A stretch of DNA of 63,747 nucleotides, counting the filler. It is 10 parts of 10 records of this genome, joined end to end, with 100 filler letters (N's around TTAATTAATTAA, not from the genome) between each part and the next. Parts side by side here need not be neighbours in the genome. Positions count along the whole stretch, not along the records: positions 10,624 to 15,986 come from SRR31147125_85115; positions 16,087 to 23,770 come from SRR31147125_85274; 8 more parts are not named here. One strand, given 5' to 3'. The translations under genes and the position numbers were made by a program. Shown here in pieces: positions 10,624-21,429 of this stretch (positions are counted from its first letter, which is position 1; each line of letters opens with the position of its first letter). Below the pieces are notes generated by a model. It worked only from the letters and a program-made list of their open reading frames with translations. It made no database searches and was not told the origin of the DNA.

Positions 10624-11775
10624 GGTTTTAGCAACTCTTGCCTTGATGGAAGAGTTCTTCCACTTCACGGGACAACCGATTCAGGCTATTGCTTTAAGAA
10701 ATTTATATGCAGAGGCCGAAAATTTTTTGCCAACTGATTTAAAGCTTTGGGTTGGGTCGAGAATGTATAGGGGGGATGATATCTATCTCCTGGACTATTG
10801 GCCACTAGATAACCTAAACACTCTTGGTGGCGGTTTGATCTGGCAAGGATACGATTTAGAAATTAAATGGCATATTGGAGTAAATAAACTTTTAACGGAT
10901 TATAATATTATTGAGCGTTCTGTGCCATCTACGTTTGGGGCAGATACAATTACCTTGATGGAACGTCAGCGAATGATTTCTTCATTAAAAGCCACATATC
11001 ATTTAATGAACCTGCACAAAAAGCTTTCTATGAAATTTTCCATATATGGGGAGTATCATTATTTGCCGGAAGGCGAATTCGAGTTTTCCGAGGATAATGC
11101 AGAGTATTTCAAGAAATACGGAATTAAAACAGAAAGCGGAAATCTGGCAGAGTTATCCAAGGATCAAGGTGGTGTTGTTGGAGCAGAAATAGGGCTTTGG
11201 GGATTCGGGAAAGGCAGTCACTTAAACTTATTTTAAGATACGCATGGGATTTGGCTGCTTATGGAGAATGGGGAATCCCATGGGGAGTTACTATGGAAAG
11301 AACTGCAAAAGGAGCAAAAGAATTTGTAGTTGCTACTTCTTTTAATTGGGAAAGCCACTGGGTCGGTGTTATGGCTGGTTACTACACAAGATATTTTGAA
11401 GACGCCGATAGAAACAGATATGATCTTGATGATTATTGGGAAGGGATAACTGTAGTTCGGCCTACTATTTTTATAACAAGGCATTTTCATCAGGCCTTTG
11501 AAATATCTCACCAATGGAAATATCCACATGGCTTAGGGCCAAACGATAGTAAACACCATGTTCCACAAGTGTTTCAAATGTCTGTTATACCTGCTTTATC
11601 AATGGATAGAGGCATGTATCAGCGTCCACAGTTTAGGCTTGTTTACACAGCAAGTTACCTGAATGATGATGCTAGAAATTTGTTTCCGATGTGGGATGCT
11701 CGCAGAGATAGTGCCTGGCAGCATTTTTGTGGAGTACAGGTTGAATGGTGGTTGAATTCGGCAAGCTACAAATAA
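10624..11775 (+). CDS. Carbohydrate porin (LamB/maltoporin-like beta-barrel), 5' truncated, frameshift near 11233
   Basis: WVGSRMYRGDDIYLLDYWPLD resembles the LamB WAGKRFY..D motif; RPQFRLVYT and terminal GVQVEWW. ORFs 10643-11236 and 11197-11775 join by adding one T in TTATTTTAAG (LFLRYAW). Confidence 0.7.
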
Positions 11776-11785
11776 GGAATAGGCT

Positions 11786-13731
11786 ATGAATATAAATCTT
11801 TGTAAAAGTGTTTTGGATCTGTCATGTGCAATGCTTGTACTGCTAATCATTGGCTTGATTTCATTTTCGTGCGTCGATCCGAGTGAAATGTCCGGCGAGA
11901 TGGAAATTACATCTCAGGTTGAAGATTGGCGAGATGAAATTATATATCAGGTTCTTGTCGATAGATTTGCTAATGGTGATCCAAGCAATGATTACAATAT
12001 TAGACCGGATGCTCCAGCAGCTTATCATGGTGGTGATTATCAAGGTATTATCGATAAGCTTGATTACATCGAAGAGTTGGGGGTTACCGCTCTCTGGATT
12101 TCTCCTGTAGTAAAAAATGTAGAAGAAGATGCAGGAGTTGATGGATATCACGGTTATTGGACTCAGAATTTTGTTGAGGTAAACAGGCACTTCGGTGATT
12201 TGGCAAAACTAAGAGAGCTAGTAAAAGAATGTCACGACAGAGGTATAAAAGTTATTCTCGATATAGTTGCCAATCACGTTGGTCAACTATTTTACTACGA
12301 CATAAACAAAAACGGCTATCCAAATGATTTGGTGATCGGTAGTGGCGACAAATCTCCCATTACAAGAACAACTGAGTGGGACCCCGATTTCGATGAGCGT
12401 GGTATTCAGGCTTTTACATCGCTTGGTCCTTCAGGTGCTGCTCCCGTCTCATGGGTCTGGCAGCCCGAAATCAACAGAGTTCCTCCTTGGCCCCCTGAAT
12501 TCGCCAACGAGGAATGGTATAACCGCATGGGCAGAGTGACAGTTTGGGGTAGAGAAAAACGATCCTGCTTCGATGCAGGAAAGATTACGGAAGCAGAATA
12601 TAATAGTGGTACATATTGGAAAGATTTCAAAGCATGTGAAGAGTATGTGCGATTGCAGGAGGTTAGAGGAGATTTTCCCGGAGGTCTTAAGGATTTGAAC
12701 ACATCTTTACCGGAAGTTCAAAAAGCATTGACTGATGCTTATGCATATTGGATAGAAGCAGCAGATTTTGATGCATTCAGAATCGATACTCTAAAGCATG
12801 TGGAGCATGAATTCTGGCAGTATTTTTGCCCGGAAATTAGAAAAAAGCCAAAAGCCTTGGAAAAAAGAATTTTTTCATGTTCGGTGAAGCTTTTGACGGT
12901 GATGACAAGTTGATCGGTAGCTATACATTCAATAACGAAGTTGATTCCGTTTTCTATTTTTCGCAAATGTTTACCTTGCAAGATGTTTTCAAAAGCGGGG
13001 GAGCGACAAAAAAGATAGAAGATTTGTGGAACAACAGATTTCCTGACAAGTCTACCGGCAAGGCCAACAACTATGGAATTACACCACACGTAAATGGACC
13101 AGTAGATGCTACAGGAACTCCCATAAAGCCATATCAAATGATGGTGAACTTTATCGATAATCACGATATTCCAAGGTTTTTGTATGGCAATAATAACGTA
13201 AAAGCAATGCACAACGCATTAGCCTTGCTGTTGACAATGGATGGCATTCCCTGCATTTATTATGGTACAGAACAAAACTTCAATGGCGGCAACGATCCTG
13301 CAAATCGTGAGGATCTATGGAAAGCCGGCTACAACACTACAAACGAAACGTTTAAGTGGATAAAGCAGTTAATTAATCTGCGCAAAACTCTTGTGCCATT
13401 AAGAAAAGGCGACTTAAAGATTGTATGGGCATCTAAAAATAACGGCAAGGAACAAGATGCTGGAATCTTTGCCTTTGAAAGATCCTATACAGATCCAAAC
13501 GGTAAAAATAGCACGGTTTTAATTGCAATCAATTCAAGTGAAGACAATACAGCCGAAACAAGTGCTACTTCATTTGGTGGTGGAGATATGATTACTTCTT
13601 TTGCTGCTGGCACAAAGCTCAAAAATGTTCTGGAAGAATCTGATCCTGTGGATGATGTCACAGTTGGTGCAGGTGGAACAGTAAAATTAAAGTTGCAACC
13701 CAGATCTGCAAAGGTTTTCGTAGTTCGATAG
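11786..13731 (+). CDS. GH13 alpha-amylase family lipoprotein, frameshift near 12843
   Basis: Lipobox-like ISFSC; DEIIYQVLVDRF, GGDYQG, YHGYW, DIVANH, DAFRIDTLKH (nucleophile), FGEAF (acid/base), FIDNHD, GIPCIYYGTEQ. One extra A in the run at 12841-12846 joins the two ORFs. Confidence 0.88.
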
Positions 13732-13741
13732 AAGGAGAGAT

Positions 13742-14827
13742 ATGGCAAATCTATCTTTAAAAGATATAAAAAAAACATATGGAAAAGATGTTCATATCCT
13801 GAAAGGTATAGACCTTGAAGTTTCAGATGGGGAATTTCTGGTTCTGGTGGGACCTAGCGGTTGCGGGAAATCAACGCTTTTGCGTATGATTGCTGGGCTT
13901 GAAGATATAACAGCCGGTGAACTTTCCATTGATGGCAGAGTAGTAAACAATGTCCAGCCAAAAGAGCGTGATGTGGCTATGGTTTTTCAGTCATACGCTC
14001 TTTATCCTCACATGACAGTCAGGCAAAACATGGGCTTTTCTCTTTCAATCCAAAAGCGACCGAAAGCGGAGATTGAAGAGAAAGTAAATGAAGCCGCTGA
14101 TATGCTGGGACTCACGGATTTACTTGATAGGCTACCTAAACAGTTGTCAGGTGGACAAAGACAAAGAGTAGCAATTGGAAGAGCTATAGTTCGCAGACCC
14201 AAAGTTTTTCTTTTCGATGAACCTCTCTCAAATCTTGATGCAAATTTAAGAGGCCAGATGCGTGTGGAACTGAAAAAACTTCACGCAAAGCTCAAAACTA
14301 CAATGATTTATGTAACTCATGACCAGATCGAAGCAATGACTTTGGCAGACAGGATTTGTGTACTTGAAGGTGGTTGGGCTCCCCAGATTGATACACCAAT
14401 GAATTTATACAACTACCCGAACTGTAAATTTGTAGCTGAGTTTATCGGATCTCCACCAATGAACTTTCTTGAAGCTGAATACAAAAAAGATGAAGGATTT
14501 ATAGCAAACGATTTGTTTATCAAAGCTTCCGAATCTATCTTTTCTGATGAAACACCTCAAAAAATACTTGTTGGAATAAGACCCCATGAATTTTCTACAA
14601 CAGAAAACGATGGCTATGTCGATGCAAAAGTGGAAGTTATTGAAACTGTTGGCTGGGATTACCATTTGCATATCTTGGTTGGAAAAACGAAGATGATAGT
14701 ACAGCTTGAAGCGAAAGATGCAAAAGATATTACTGAGGGACAAAAGTTGCGTTTGTATATCGATCCTAAAGGTATCAAGCTTTTCGATTCGATATTAGGT
14801 AATTCAATAAACAACCCTGAGATCTAA
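13742..14827 (+). CDS. malK: Sugar ABC transporter ATP-binding protein (MalK/MsmX family)
   Basis: GPSGCGKST, VFQSYALYPHM, LSGGQRQRVA, DEPLSNLDA, YVTHDQ; C-terminal TOBE-like region. Confidence 0.9.
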   Translation: MANLSLKDIKKTYGKDVHILKGIDLEVSDGEFLVLVGPSGCGKSTLLRMIAGLEDITAGELSIDGRVVNNVQPKERDVAMVFQSYALYPHMTVRQNMGFSLSIQKRPKAEIEEKVNEAADMLGLTDLLDRLPKQLSGGQRQRVAIGRAIVRRPKVFLFDEPLSNLDANLRGQMRVELKKLHAKLKTTMIYVTHDQIEAMTLADRICVLEGGWAPQIDTPMNLYNYPNCKFVAEFIGSPPMNFLEAEYKKDEGFIANDLFIKASESIFSDETPQKILVGIRPHEFSTTENDGYVDAKVEVIETVGWDYHLHILVGKTKMIVQLEAKDAKDITEGQKLRLYIDPKGIKLFDSILGNSINNPEI

Positions 14828-14828
14828 A

Positions 14829-15986
14829 ATGCATAATATCTCGGTTAAAAATATTTTCAGGCATGCATTTTCTTTGTGGCTAATAACGTTTTTTTTACTG
14901 TTTAGCTTGAATGTTTTACACGCTAGTGAAGACACAACCATTACCTTATGGCATAGCAGCAGAGGAACAGAAAAAGAAGCCATTGAGGAAATTGTATCCA
15001 AGTGGAATAATGAAAATATAACCTATAAAGTAAGAACACTTGCTATTCCCTACGATGCTTATAATAACAAGTTAACTTCAGCTATTCCTCGTGGACATGG
15101 CCCGGATTTGTTTATTGCCGCTCATGAACGAATTGGAGACTGGAGCAGAAGCGGTATTATCAAAGAGCTACCACAAAGTGAGTCCATAAAATCAGACAAA
15201 TATTTTCAGGAAACTATTGAAGCAGTAACTTATGATGGCAAAGTTTACGCCTTTCCGTTAGCGTTTAAGAATGTTGCATTGTTTTCCAATCCTGAATTGG
15301 TCGATAAAGTTCCTTCAACTACTGAAGAGTTGGAAGAAACATGTAGTCAATTTAAAAAGCATAATTCCGATAAGTATTGCCTGGCGTATGAAGCTGGAAG
15401 CTTTTACCATCATGCTGCGTGGTTGTATGGTTTTGGTGGCGGTATTTTCAAGGCCGACAAACTTAAGCTTGATTCAACAGAGAATTCCAAATCGTTTGAT
15501 TATATCAAAGGCTTGACTGATCTTGGATATATACCGGAGGAACCAACTTCTGCTCTAGTTGCTCAGTTGTTTAATGAGAAAAAAGCAGCAATGGTGATAA
15601 ATGGCCCCTGGTTTATAGGGGAAATTGATTCTTCAACAAAATTCAATGTTCATAAATTGCCAATCGTTACCAGAACTGGAAAACAGGCTCTTCCATTTTT
15701 GACTGTTGACGGATTGTTTATATCAAGCCATGTTAAAACTGAAAAGCCTGTGTATAAATTCGCCAGAATGTTTGTTGGAAATGTTGGCGCAGAGATTCGA
15801 CTATTAAAGGGAAAGCAGACTGTTGCTAATGTTCAAGCTTACGAAAAAAACGAAAACTCGGTTGATCCTGTAATTCTTCAGTTTAAAAATATGATTGGCT
15901 CTTCAAAGCCTATGCCAAATAATCCTCTAATGCGCTCTGTCTGGGAGCCGGGAGCGCAAGCTTTAAGAAAAGCTTTAAGAGGTGCA
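14829..15986 (+). CDS. Maltose/maltodextrin ABC substrate-binding protein (MalE-like), 3' truncated
   Basis: Signal peptide; GPDLFIAAHERIG, YDGKVYAFP, AAMVINGPW, MPNNPLMRSVW. Confidence 0.85.
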
Positions 15987-16114
15987 NNNNNNNNNNNNNN
16001 NNNNNNNNNNNNNNNNNNNNNNNNNNNNNNTTAATTAATTAANNNNNNNNNNNNNNNNNNNNNNNNNNNNNNNNNNNNNNNNNNNNAAAATGTTGAAATA
16101 AATATATTAATCCC

Positions 16115-16600
16115 ATGCCAAAATATCATTTACAAAATCGACCAAATAGAGAATTAAAATCAGCTAAAGAACTGAATGAAATATTAGTAAATGGCAAATA
16201 TGCGGTGATCTCGATGTGTCGTGACAACGAGCCTTATATTGTAACATTAAGCTATGGGTATGATGTTGAAAATGGAGTTCTATATTTTCATTGTGCGCAG
16301 GAAGGGTTGAAATTAGATTTTATTGAATACAATTCTAGGGTTTGTGCAACTGTGATAGAAGATGGAGGATACGTGCATGGTGAGTGTGGGCATAATTATA
16401 AATCGGTAGTGTTCTGGGGAGACTTGGTAAAGGTTAGTGATTTAGATGACAAAAAGCATGGAATGAAAACCTTGTTAAAACACTTAGAGAGCGACTCAAA
16501 AGTGATTAGTGATAATTTGGCAAAATCTGATGAGTACTATAACAAGATGGAGATTTTGAAACTTGAAATCATTCATATTTGTGGGAAAGCGGGAAGATAG
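16115..16600 (+). CDS. Pyridoxamine 5'-phosphate oxidase-like flavin-binding protein (NimA family)
   Basis: PYIVTLSYGY, LYFHCAQEGLKLD, YKSVVFWG, terminal GK. Confidence 0.85.
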   Translation: MPKYHLQNRPNRELKSAKELNEILVNGKYAVISMCRDNEPYIVTLSYGYDVENGVLYFHCAQEGLKLDFIEYNSRVCATVIEDGGYVHGECGHNYKSVVFWGDLVKVSDLDDKKHGMKTLLKHLESDSKVISDNLAKSDEYYNKMEILKLEIIHICGKAGR

Positions 16601-16633
16601 ATAGGTTATTATTAATTCATTATCAAAAGGAAA

Positions 16634-18115
16634 ATGACGGATAGATTAAAGCCAATTATGTTTGTTGGAACAGGTTCTGATGTAGGAAAGTCGGTTATAA
16701 ATGCTGCCTTTTGCAGAATATTTAAACAGGATGGATATTCGCCAGCACCATTTAAGGCACAAAACATGTCACTGAATTCCTTTGCCAGTGAAGAAGGTCT
16801 GGAGCTTGGACGTGCGCAGGCTGTTCAGGCTGAAGCTTGTGGTATCCCTTGTCTGAGTGCGATGAATCCTATTTTATTGAAGCCAACCAGTCAGAAAAGT
16901 GCACAAATAGTATTGAATGGTAAACCCATGGGCGACCAATCAGCAAGGGAATATTTTCTGAAAACCGATCGTGATTTTCTTTTTGCTGAGGCGATGAAAG
17001 CCTGGAAGTCTTTAGATAAAGAATACAATCCAATTGTGATGGAGGGAGCTGGAAGCATCTCTGAAGTTAACCTATGGGACAAAGACATTACCAACATGCG
17101 GGTGGCTCTTGAAACGGGTTCACCAACAATTCTTATTGCTGATATTGATCGTGGAGGTGTTTTTGGAAGTGTTTACGGAACGATCAAATTATTGCCAGAA
17201 GCTGAGCGGAAACTCATTAAAGGTATTCTGATTAATAAGTTTCGTGGAGATATCAGTTTGTTTGAAGAAGGTCGAAAAACACTGGAAGAACTAACTGGAA
17301 TCCCTGTTGTTGGAGTTGTTTCTTACTTTACAGATATTCATGTAGAACAAGAAGACAGTGTTGTAATTGACTATAAACGAGGAAGCACTGACAAATCAAA
17401 GATTAATATTGCTGTTGTGTTATTAAAGCACATGTCAAATTTCACCGACTTCAATATGTTGGAGCAAATGCCCGATGTGAATTTGCATTATTCTGCTAAT
17501 CCCGAAGAAATTGACAAGGCTGATGTGGTATTGATCCCCGGCTCAAAAAATACCATTTCAGATTTGATGCATTTACGCGAACGAGCTTTGGCAAAGGCGA
17601 TTCTGAAAGCAGCTAAAAATGGCAAAGGCGTTTATGGAATTTGCGGTGGCTATCAAATTTTGGGAAAGGAAATCCGTGATCCGGATCATGTTGAAGGAGA
17701 AATTGAAACAATGCCAGGGCTTGGTTTGCTTCCGGTGATAACAACATTGAGCAAAGAAAAGCGAACAGTTCAAACCCAATTTCAATTTAAAGGAAGGGAA
17801 GAAACTTGTTCGGGATACGAAATACATATGGGTGAAACCAGTTTGCAAGAAGGAGAAACACTTTGCAGTTTGGAAGATGGAAGTTCAGATGGTTGTTTTG
17901 TTTCTGATAAACTGTGGGGAACCTACCTGCACGGTATTTTGGACAGTAGATCGGTTGTTGAGGAGATTTTAAAAGCGAATCATTTGAAGGCCGATGTTTC
18001 AGATTTTGATTATGCAGCTTTTAAGGAAGAACAGTACAATAAACTGGCTGATCATGTTCGCAAGTATGTAAATATGGACTATGTTTATTCAGTGATGAAA
18101 AGGACGTCATCCTGA
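16634..18115 (+). CDS. cobQ: Cobyric acid synthase (CobQ/CbiP)
   Basis: GTGSDVGKS, PFKAQNMSLNS, EGAGS, ADIDRGG, SNFTDF, GICGGYQ, GYEIH, GTYLHG. Confidence 0.95.
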   Translation: MTDRLKPIMFVGTGSDVGKSVINAAFCRIFKQDGYSPAPFKAQNMSLNSFASEEGLELGRAQAVQAEACGIPCLSAMNPILLKPTSQKSAQIVLNGKPMGDQSAREYFLKTDRDFLFAEAMKAWKSLDKEYNPIVMEGAGSISEVNLWDKDITNMRVALETGSPTILIADIDRGGVFGSVYGTIKLLPEAERKLIKGILINKFRGDISLFEEGRKTLEELTGIPVVGVVSYFTDIHVEQEDSVVIDYKRGSTDKSKINIAVVLLKHMSNFTDFNMLEQMPDVNLHYSANPEEIDKADVVLIPGSKNTISDLMHLRERALAKAILKAAKNGKGVYGICGGYQILGKEIRDPDHVEGEIETMPGLGLLPVITTLSKEKRTVQTQFQFKGREETCSGYEIHMGETSLQEGETLCSLEDGSSDGCFVSDKLWGTYLHGILDSRSVVEEILKANHLKADVSDFDYAAFKEEQYNKLADHVRKYVNMDYVYSVMKRTSS

Positions 18116-18131
18116 ATTCATTTCAGGATCT
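18106..18131. repeat. REP-like palindromic element overlapping the cobQ stop
   Basis: GTCATCCTGAATTCATTTCAGGATCT with inverted arms ATCCTGAA/TTCAGGAT; resembles, from memory, the GTCAT-CTGAA...TTCAG-ATCT repeats common in Bacteroidota. Confidence 0.55.
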
Positions 18132-18165
18132 GTTTCAGTTTTATTCAACACATTAGCGAGTTCTT

Positions 18166-19095
18166 ATGATTGATTCATTTTTCATATATCCACTTCTCAT
18201 TGGTTTTTTGCTCGACTCACTAATTGGAGATCCTCTGTGGTTGCCACATCCAATACGTTTGTTTGGGTGGAGCATTTCAAAACTTGAGAAACACTTCAAT
18301 ATTGGGAATAATAGAAAGCAAAAAGGAATATTAACTTCCGTTTTTTTGATTGGAACAAGCTGGCTTTTTTTCTTTCTGCTTTTTGAACAACTGAAACCGT
18401 ATCAGGAGATTTTTATTCCAATGGCGGCTATAGGTGTATTTTATGGTTTAGCCAACCGAAGCTTGATTTATGAATCATGGCTGGTGATGAAAGCATTAAA
18501 AGAGGATGGATTAAAGGCTGGCAGAAAGCAATTGAATTTTATTGTTGGGCGGGATACTTCTAATTTGAATGAGCAGCAAATTCGAACGGCTGTATTGGAG
18601 ACCATGGCTGAAAATTTGAGTGATGGTGTGATTGCTCCACTCTTTTTTTATGCAATTGGGGGAGTTCCGCTGATGCTTGCATTTAAAATGGTTAGCACGC
18701 ATGATTCGATGATTGGCTATAAAAGTGAACGATACAAGGAATACGGTTGGTTTGCTGCCCGATTTGATGATTTTTTGAACCTGATCCCGGCAAGATTAAC
18801 AGCATTGTTAATGGTGCTGGTTACTTTTAGCAGAAACGGATTACTTCATATTTATAAGTTTGGAAGAAAACATAGTAGCCCTAATGCAGGATATCCAGAA
18901 GCAGCTTTAGCCGGAATTTTAAAATGTCGGTTTGGGGGATCAAATTATTACCATGGAAAGTTAATAGACAAACCTTATATCGGGTTGCATGAAAAGGAAA
19001 TTTCGAATAATGATTTTTATAAAACCGTTTTTGTAAATATTGCCTCATCATTATTAATGTTAGGATTCATTTTATTAGTGGCTCGTTATTGTTGA
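18166..19095 (+). CDS. cbiB: Adenosylcobinamide-phosphate synthase (CbiB/CobD)
   Basis: GDP..PHPI, IVGRDT, ETMAENLSDGVIAPLF, DSMIGYK, PARLTA, SPNAGYPEAA. Confidence 0.95.
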   Translation: MIDSFFIYPLLIGFLLDSLIGDPLWLPHPIRLFGWSISKLEKHFNIGNNRKQKGILTSVFLIGTSWLFFFLLFEQLKPYQEIFIPMAAIGVFYGLANRSLIYESWLVMKALKEDGLKAGRKQLNFIVGRDTSNLNEQQIRTAVLETMAENLSDGVIAPLFFYAIGGVPLMLAFKMVSTHDSMIGYKSERYKEYGWFAARFDDFLNLIPARLTALLMVLVTFSRNGLLHIYKFGRKHSSPNAGYPEAALAGILKCRFGGSNYYHGKLIDKPYIGLHEKEISNNDFYKTVFVNIASSLLMLGFILLVARYC

Positions 19096-19153
19096 GAAGT
19101 CATTGAAAAAAGCGTTGTTACAAGACTAAAAAAATTCTTTTAAGGTGAAGATT

Positions 19154-20497
19154 TCATTCAATGTTTCGTTTCATTATATAGTAAAACGGAATTCCAAGAA
19201 GAATGGTAATTACTGCTATAGAAGACTCCACTGGCCTTTCAAAGTAAGCTAGCACAAGAATTGATAAGCTTGATATAATAAATAGAAAATGCGTATAAGG
19301 ATACCCTTTTATTTTTGTTTTGACCCGTCCACTAATGCGAAGCTTAATACTTCCAATCACAGCAAGAATTGGGAAAATACCCAAAGAGAACCCGAGGTAG
19401 GTTAGTATCTGGTCAAAAGTACCGGAAACAACCATAACGATTGAGATTACAGCCTGAAGTAAAATAGCGATTGAAGGCACCTGTGTCTTTGGATTGATTT
19501 TGGCCAGGGACTTAAAGAAATATCCTTTTTTAGCCATAGCATAGGTGACCCTTGGGCCAAGAATCAGGTAGGCACTTAAGGATGAAAATAACGCAAAGGA
19601 AATCAGTAATGAAAATAGAGTATCTAGATTTTCCCCAAAAGCATAGTTCACGGCTAATCCTCCAATAGCAATCACTCCACTCATTTTTTCAGGGGGAATT
19701 GCATAAATGAAAAAGGCATTTAAACCAATATATAGCAAAATAACTATTCCTGTGCCCAGCAGCAGCGAATTTGGAATATTTTTTACCGGGTTTCTTATTT
19801 CAGAACCAATATAGGTTGAGGCATTCCAGCCACTGTAGGCAAACATGATCCACATAAGTGATAATCCGATGGATTTCCAGCTACCCATTTCAAAGTCAAA
19901 TTTTACGGGGCTAATAAAGTTTGTAGCAGTCCCGTTTCCATAGGCAAACCCAATAAAGATGAGTACACAAATCATGACAACCTTCATTATGGTAAGCCAA
20001 TTTTGGATTCGTGCACTGTTCTCAATTCCACGAAGATGAATTAAGGTAAATAAGAGAATTATGAAAATTGATATACCATTTTTCAGATAATGAATATTTA
20101 TGAATTCAGATTCATTTATTAAAGTACCCAGATTTGGGAATGCCCTGATGAAATATTCACTAAAACCCATTGCGGAAGCGGCCACTGGAGCAGAAAATCC
20201 AACAATAAATGACACCCAGCCACTTAAAAAACCGATTAAGGGATGAAACAGTTTTGATAAAAATATATATTCTCCTCCTGCTTGTGGGATTGCAGCTCCC
20301 AGTTCACCATAAGCGATTGCACCACATAAAGCGATAATTCCAGCAACAAACCATAAAAACAGCATTATTCCAGCATGGTTGATTAAGCCCATTATTAGAC
20401 CGGAAGTGACAAAGATACCTGTGCCAATCATGTTGGCAACAACAATGTTAGAAAGGGGGAAAAGTCCTAGTTTTCGGTTAAGATTACTAACAGACAT
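19154..20497 (-). CDS. APC superfamily amino-acid permease (LAT/SteT-like)
   Basis: NMIGTGIF, YGELGAAIPQAGGEY, FAYSGWN, GPRVTYAMA; about 12 TM segments. Confidence 0.9.
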   Translation of the reverse strand: MSVSNLNRKLGLFPLSNIVVANMIGTGIFVTSGLIMGLINHAGIMLFLWFVAGIIALCGAIAYGELGAAIPQAGGEYIFLSKLFHPLIGFLSGWVSFIVGFSAPVAASAMGFSEYFIRAFPNLGTLINESEFINIHYLKNGISIFIILLFTLIHLRGIENSARIQNWLTIMKVVMICVLIFIGFAYGNGTATNFISPVKFDFEMGSWKSIGLSLMWIMFAYSGWNASTYIGSEIRNPVKNIPNSLLLGTGIVILLYIGLNAFFIYAIPPEKMSGVIAIGGLAVNYAFGENLDTLFSLLISFALFSSLSAYLILGPRVTYAMAKKGYFFKSLAKINPKTQVPSIAILLQAVISIVMVVSGTFDQILTYLGFSLGIFPILAVIGSIKLRISGRVKTKIKGYPYTHFLFIISSLSILVLAYFERPVESSIAVITILLGIPFYYIMKRNIE

Positions 20498-20500
20498 AAG

Positions 20501-21166
20501 CTAATTATCGCTGATTTTGTAACTTATCGATATTCCAGATCCTTTCGTATCGTAAGTTGTTTTGAAATTTGTTTGCGATTCAATATAATCTACAAATTCG
20601 GATATTCCCCATTGCCTGCTTTGTTGCGAAATATTATGAGCAACAAAACAACCTCCGTTTTCAATTTTTGGAGAAATATCTTTAAAATAATTGGTGTACC
20701 AACCTTTGTCAGCATCGCTAAATACAAAGTCAATTTGCCCTTTCAATCGTGGAACTTCCTTATGAGCATCACAAAGTCGCGCATCAATGTATTCATATAA
20801 GCCTGCTCGTTTAAAATTATCAAGTGCTTTTTCAAACCTCCTTTTATCTATTTCGAGAGTTATTAGCTTGCCACCTGTTTTGCTCAGAGCCCAGGCTATC
20901 CACATTCCTGAATGTCCAGTTGAGGTTCCAATTTCTACGGCATTTTTATAACCGTTTTTCACAATGATGTCAAACAGCAGTTGGCCATCAACTGCTGGTA
21001 CGTTCATGTCTTGCCATGAATATTGGGTATCATTCAGGAAGCTTTTCACTTTAGCATCTAGTTCAGGGTTTTCTTTTAGTTTCTGCGAATGTGCCAATTG
21101 GCTGGCTAGTGTTAAACTTACCAGAAATAGTATCAGACACAGCAAATTATTGTATTTTATTTTCAT
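20501..21166 (-). CDS. O-methyltransferase (Methyltransf_3/COMT-like) with N-terminal signal peptide
   Basis: VEIGTSTGHSG, ITLEID, DFVFSDADKGWY, VAHN; N-terminus MKIKYNNLLCLILFLVSLTLASQLAHS. Confidence 0.88.
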   Translation of the reverse strand: MKIKYNNLLCLILFLVSLTLASQLAHSQKLKENPELDAKVKSFLNDTQYSWQDMNVPAVDGQLLFDIIVKNGYKNAVEIGTSTGHSGMWIAWALSKTGGKLITLEIDKRRFEKALDNFKRAGLYEYIDARLCDAHKEVPRLKGQIDFVFSDADKGWYTNYFKDISPKIENGGCFVAHNISQQSRQWGISEFVDYIESQTNFKTTYDTKGSGISISYKISDN

Positions 21167-21328
21167 GATCTTATCATTTTATTTGTGACTTCAAGTTGAT
21201 ATCTAATAAGATAGACAAAAAATACGGTTTAGGGTTTAATCTATTTCAGGTTCATAATTAAATGGGACAATTTGCAATGAATGAGACAACTTCACAATTA
21301 AATCTTGGATTGTGGTAAAGCCTAATAA

Positions 21329-21375
21329 TTTTTGAACCTGATCCCGGCAATATTTACAGCTTTGTTAATAGTACT
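21329..21375 (+). repeat. Degenerate 47-bp copy of cbiB internal sequence (18772-18818)
   Basis: TTTTTGAACCTGATCCCGGCAA is identical for 22 nt and 42/47 overall by manual alignment. Confidence 0.8.
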
Positions 21376-21429
21376 TCTACAACTATAATAATCGGATTGA
21401 TTATCTTAGCATGCTTAATTTAGTTAACT

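Noticed and set aside
16087-16634. Cobalamin riboswitch ahead of cobQ-cbiB
   Set aside because: The intergenic gaps are too short and no B12-box was seen; the operon start lies outside the contig.
21329-21360. TGAACCTGATC resembling the 3' half of a TPP riboswitch
   Set aside because: No upstream GCTGAGA element or closing stems, and the sequence is explained as a copy of cbiB codons.
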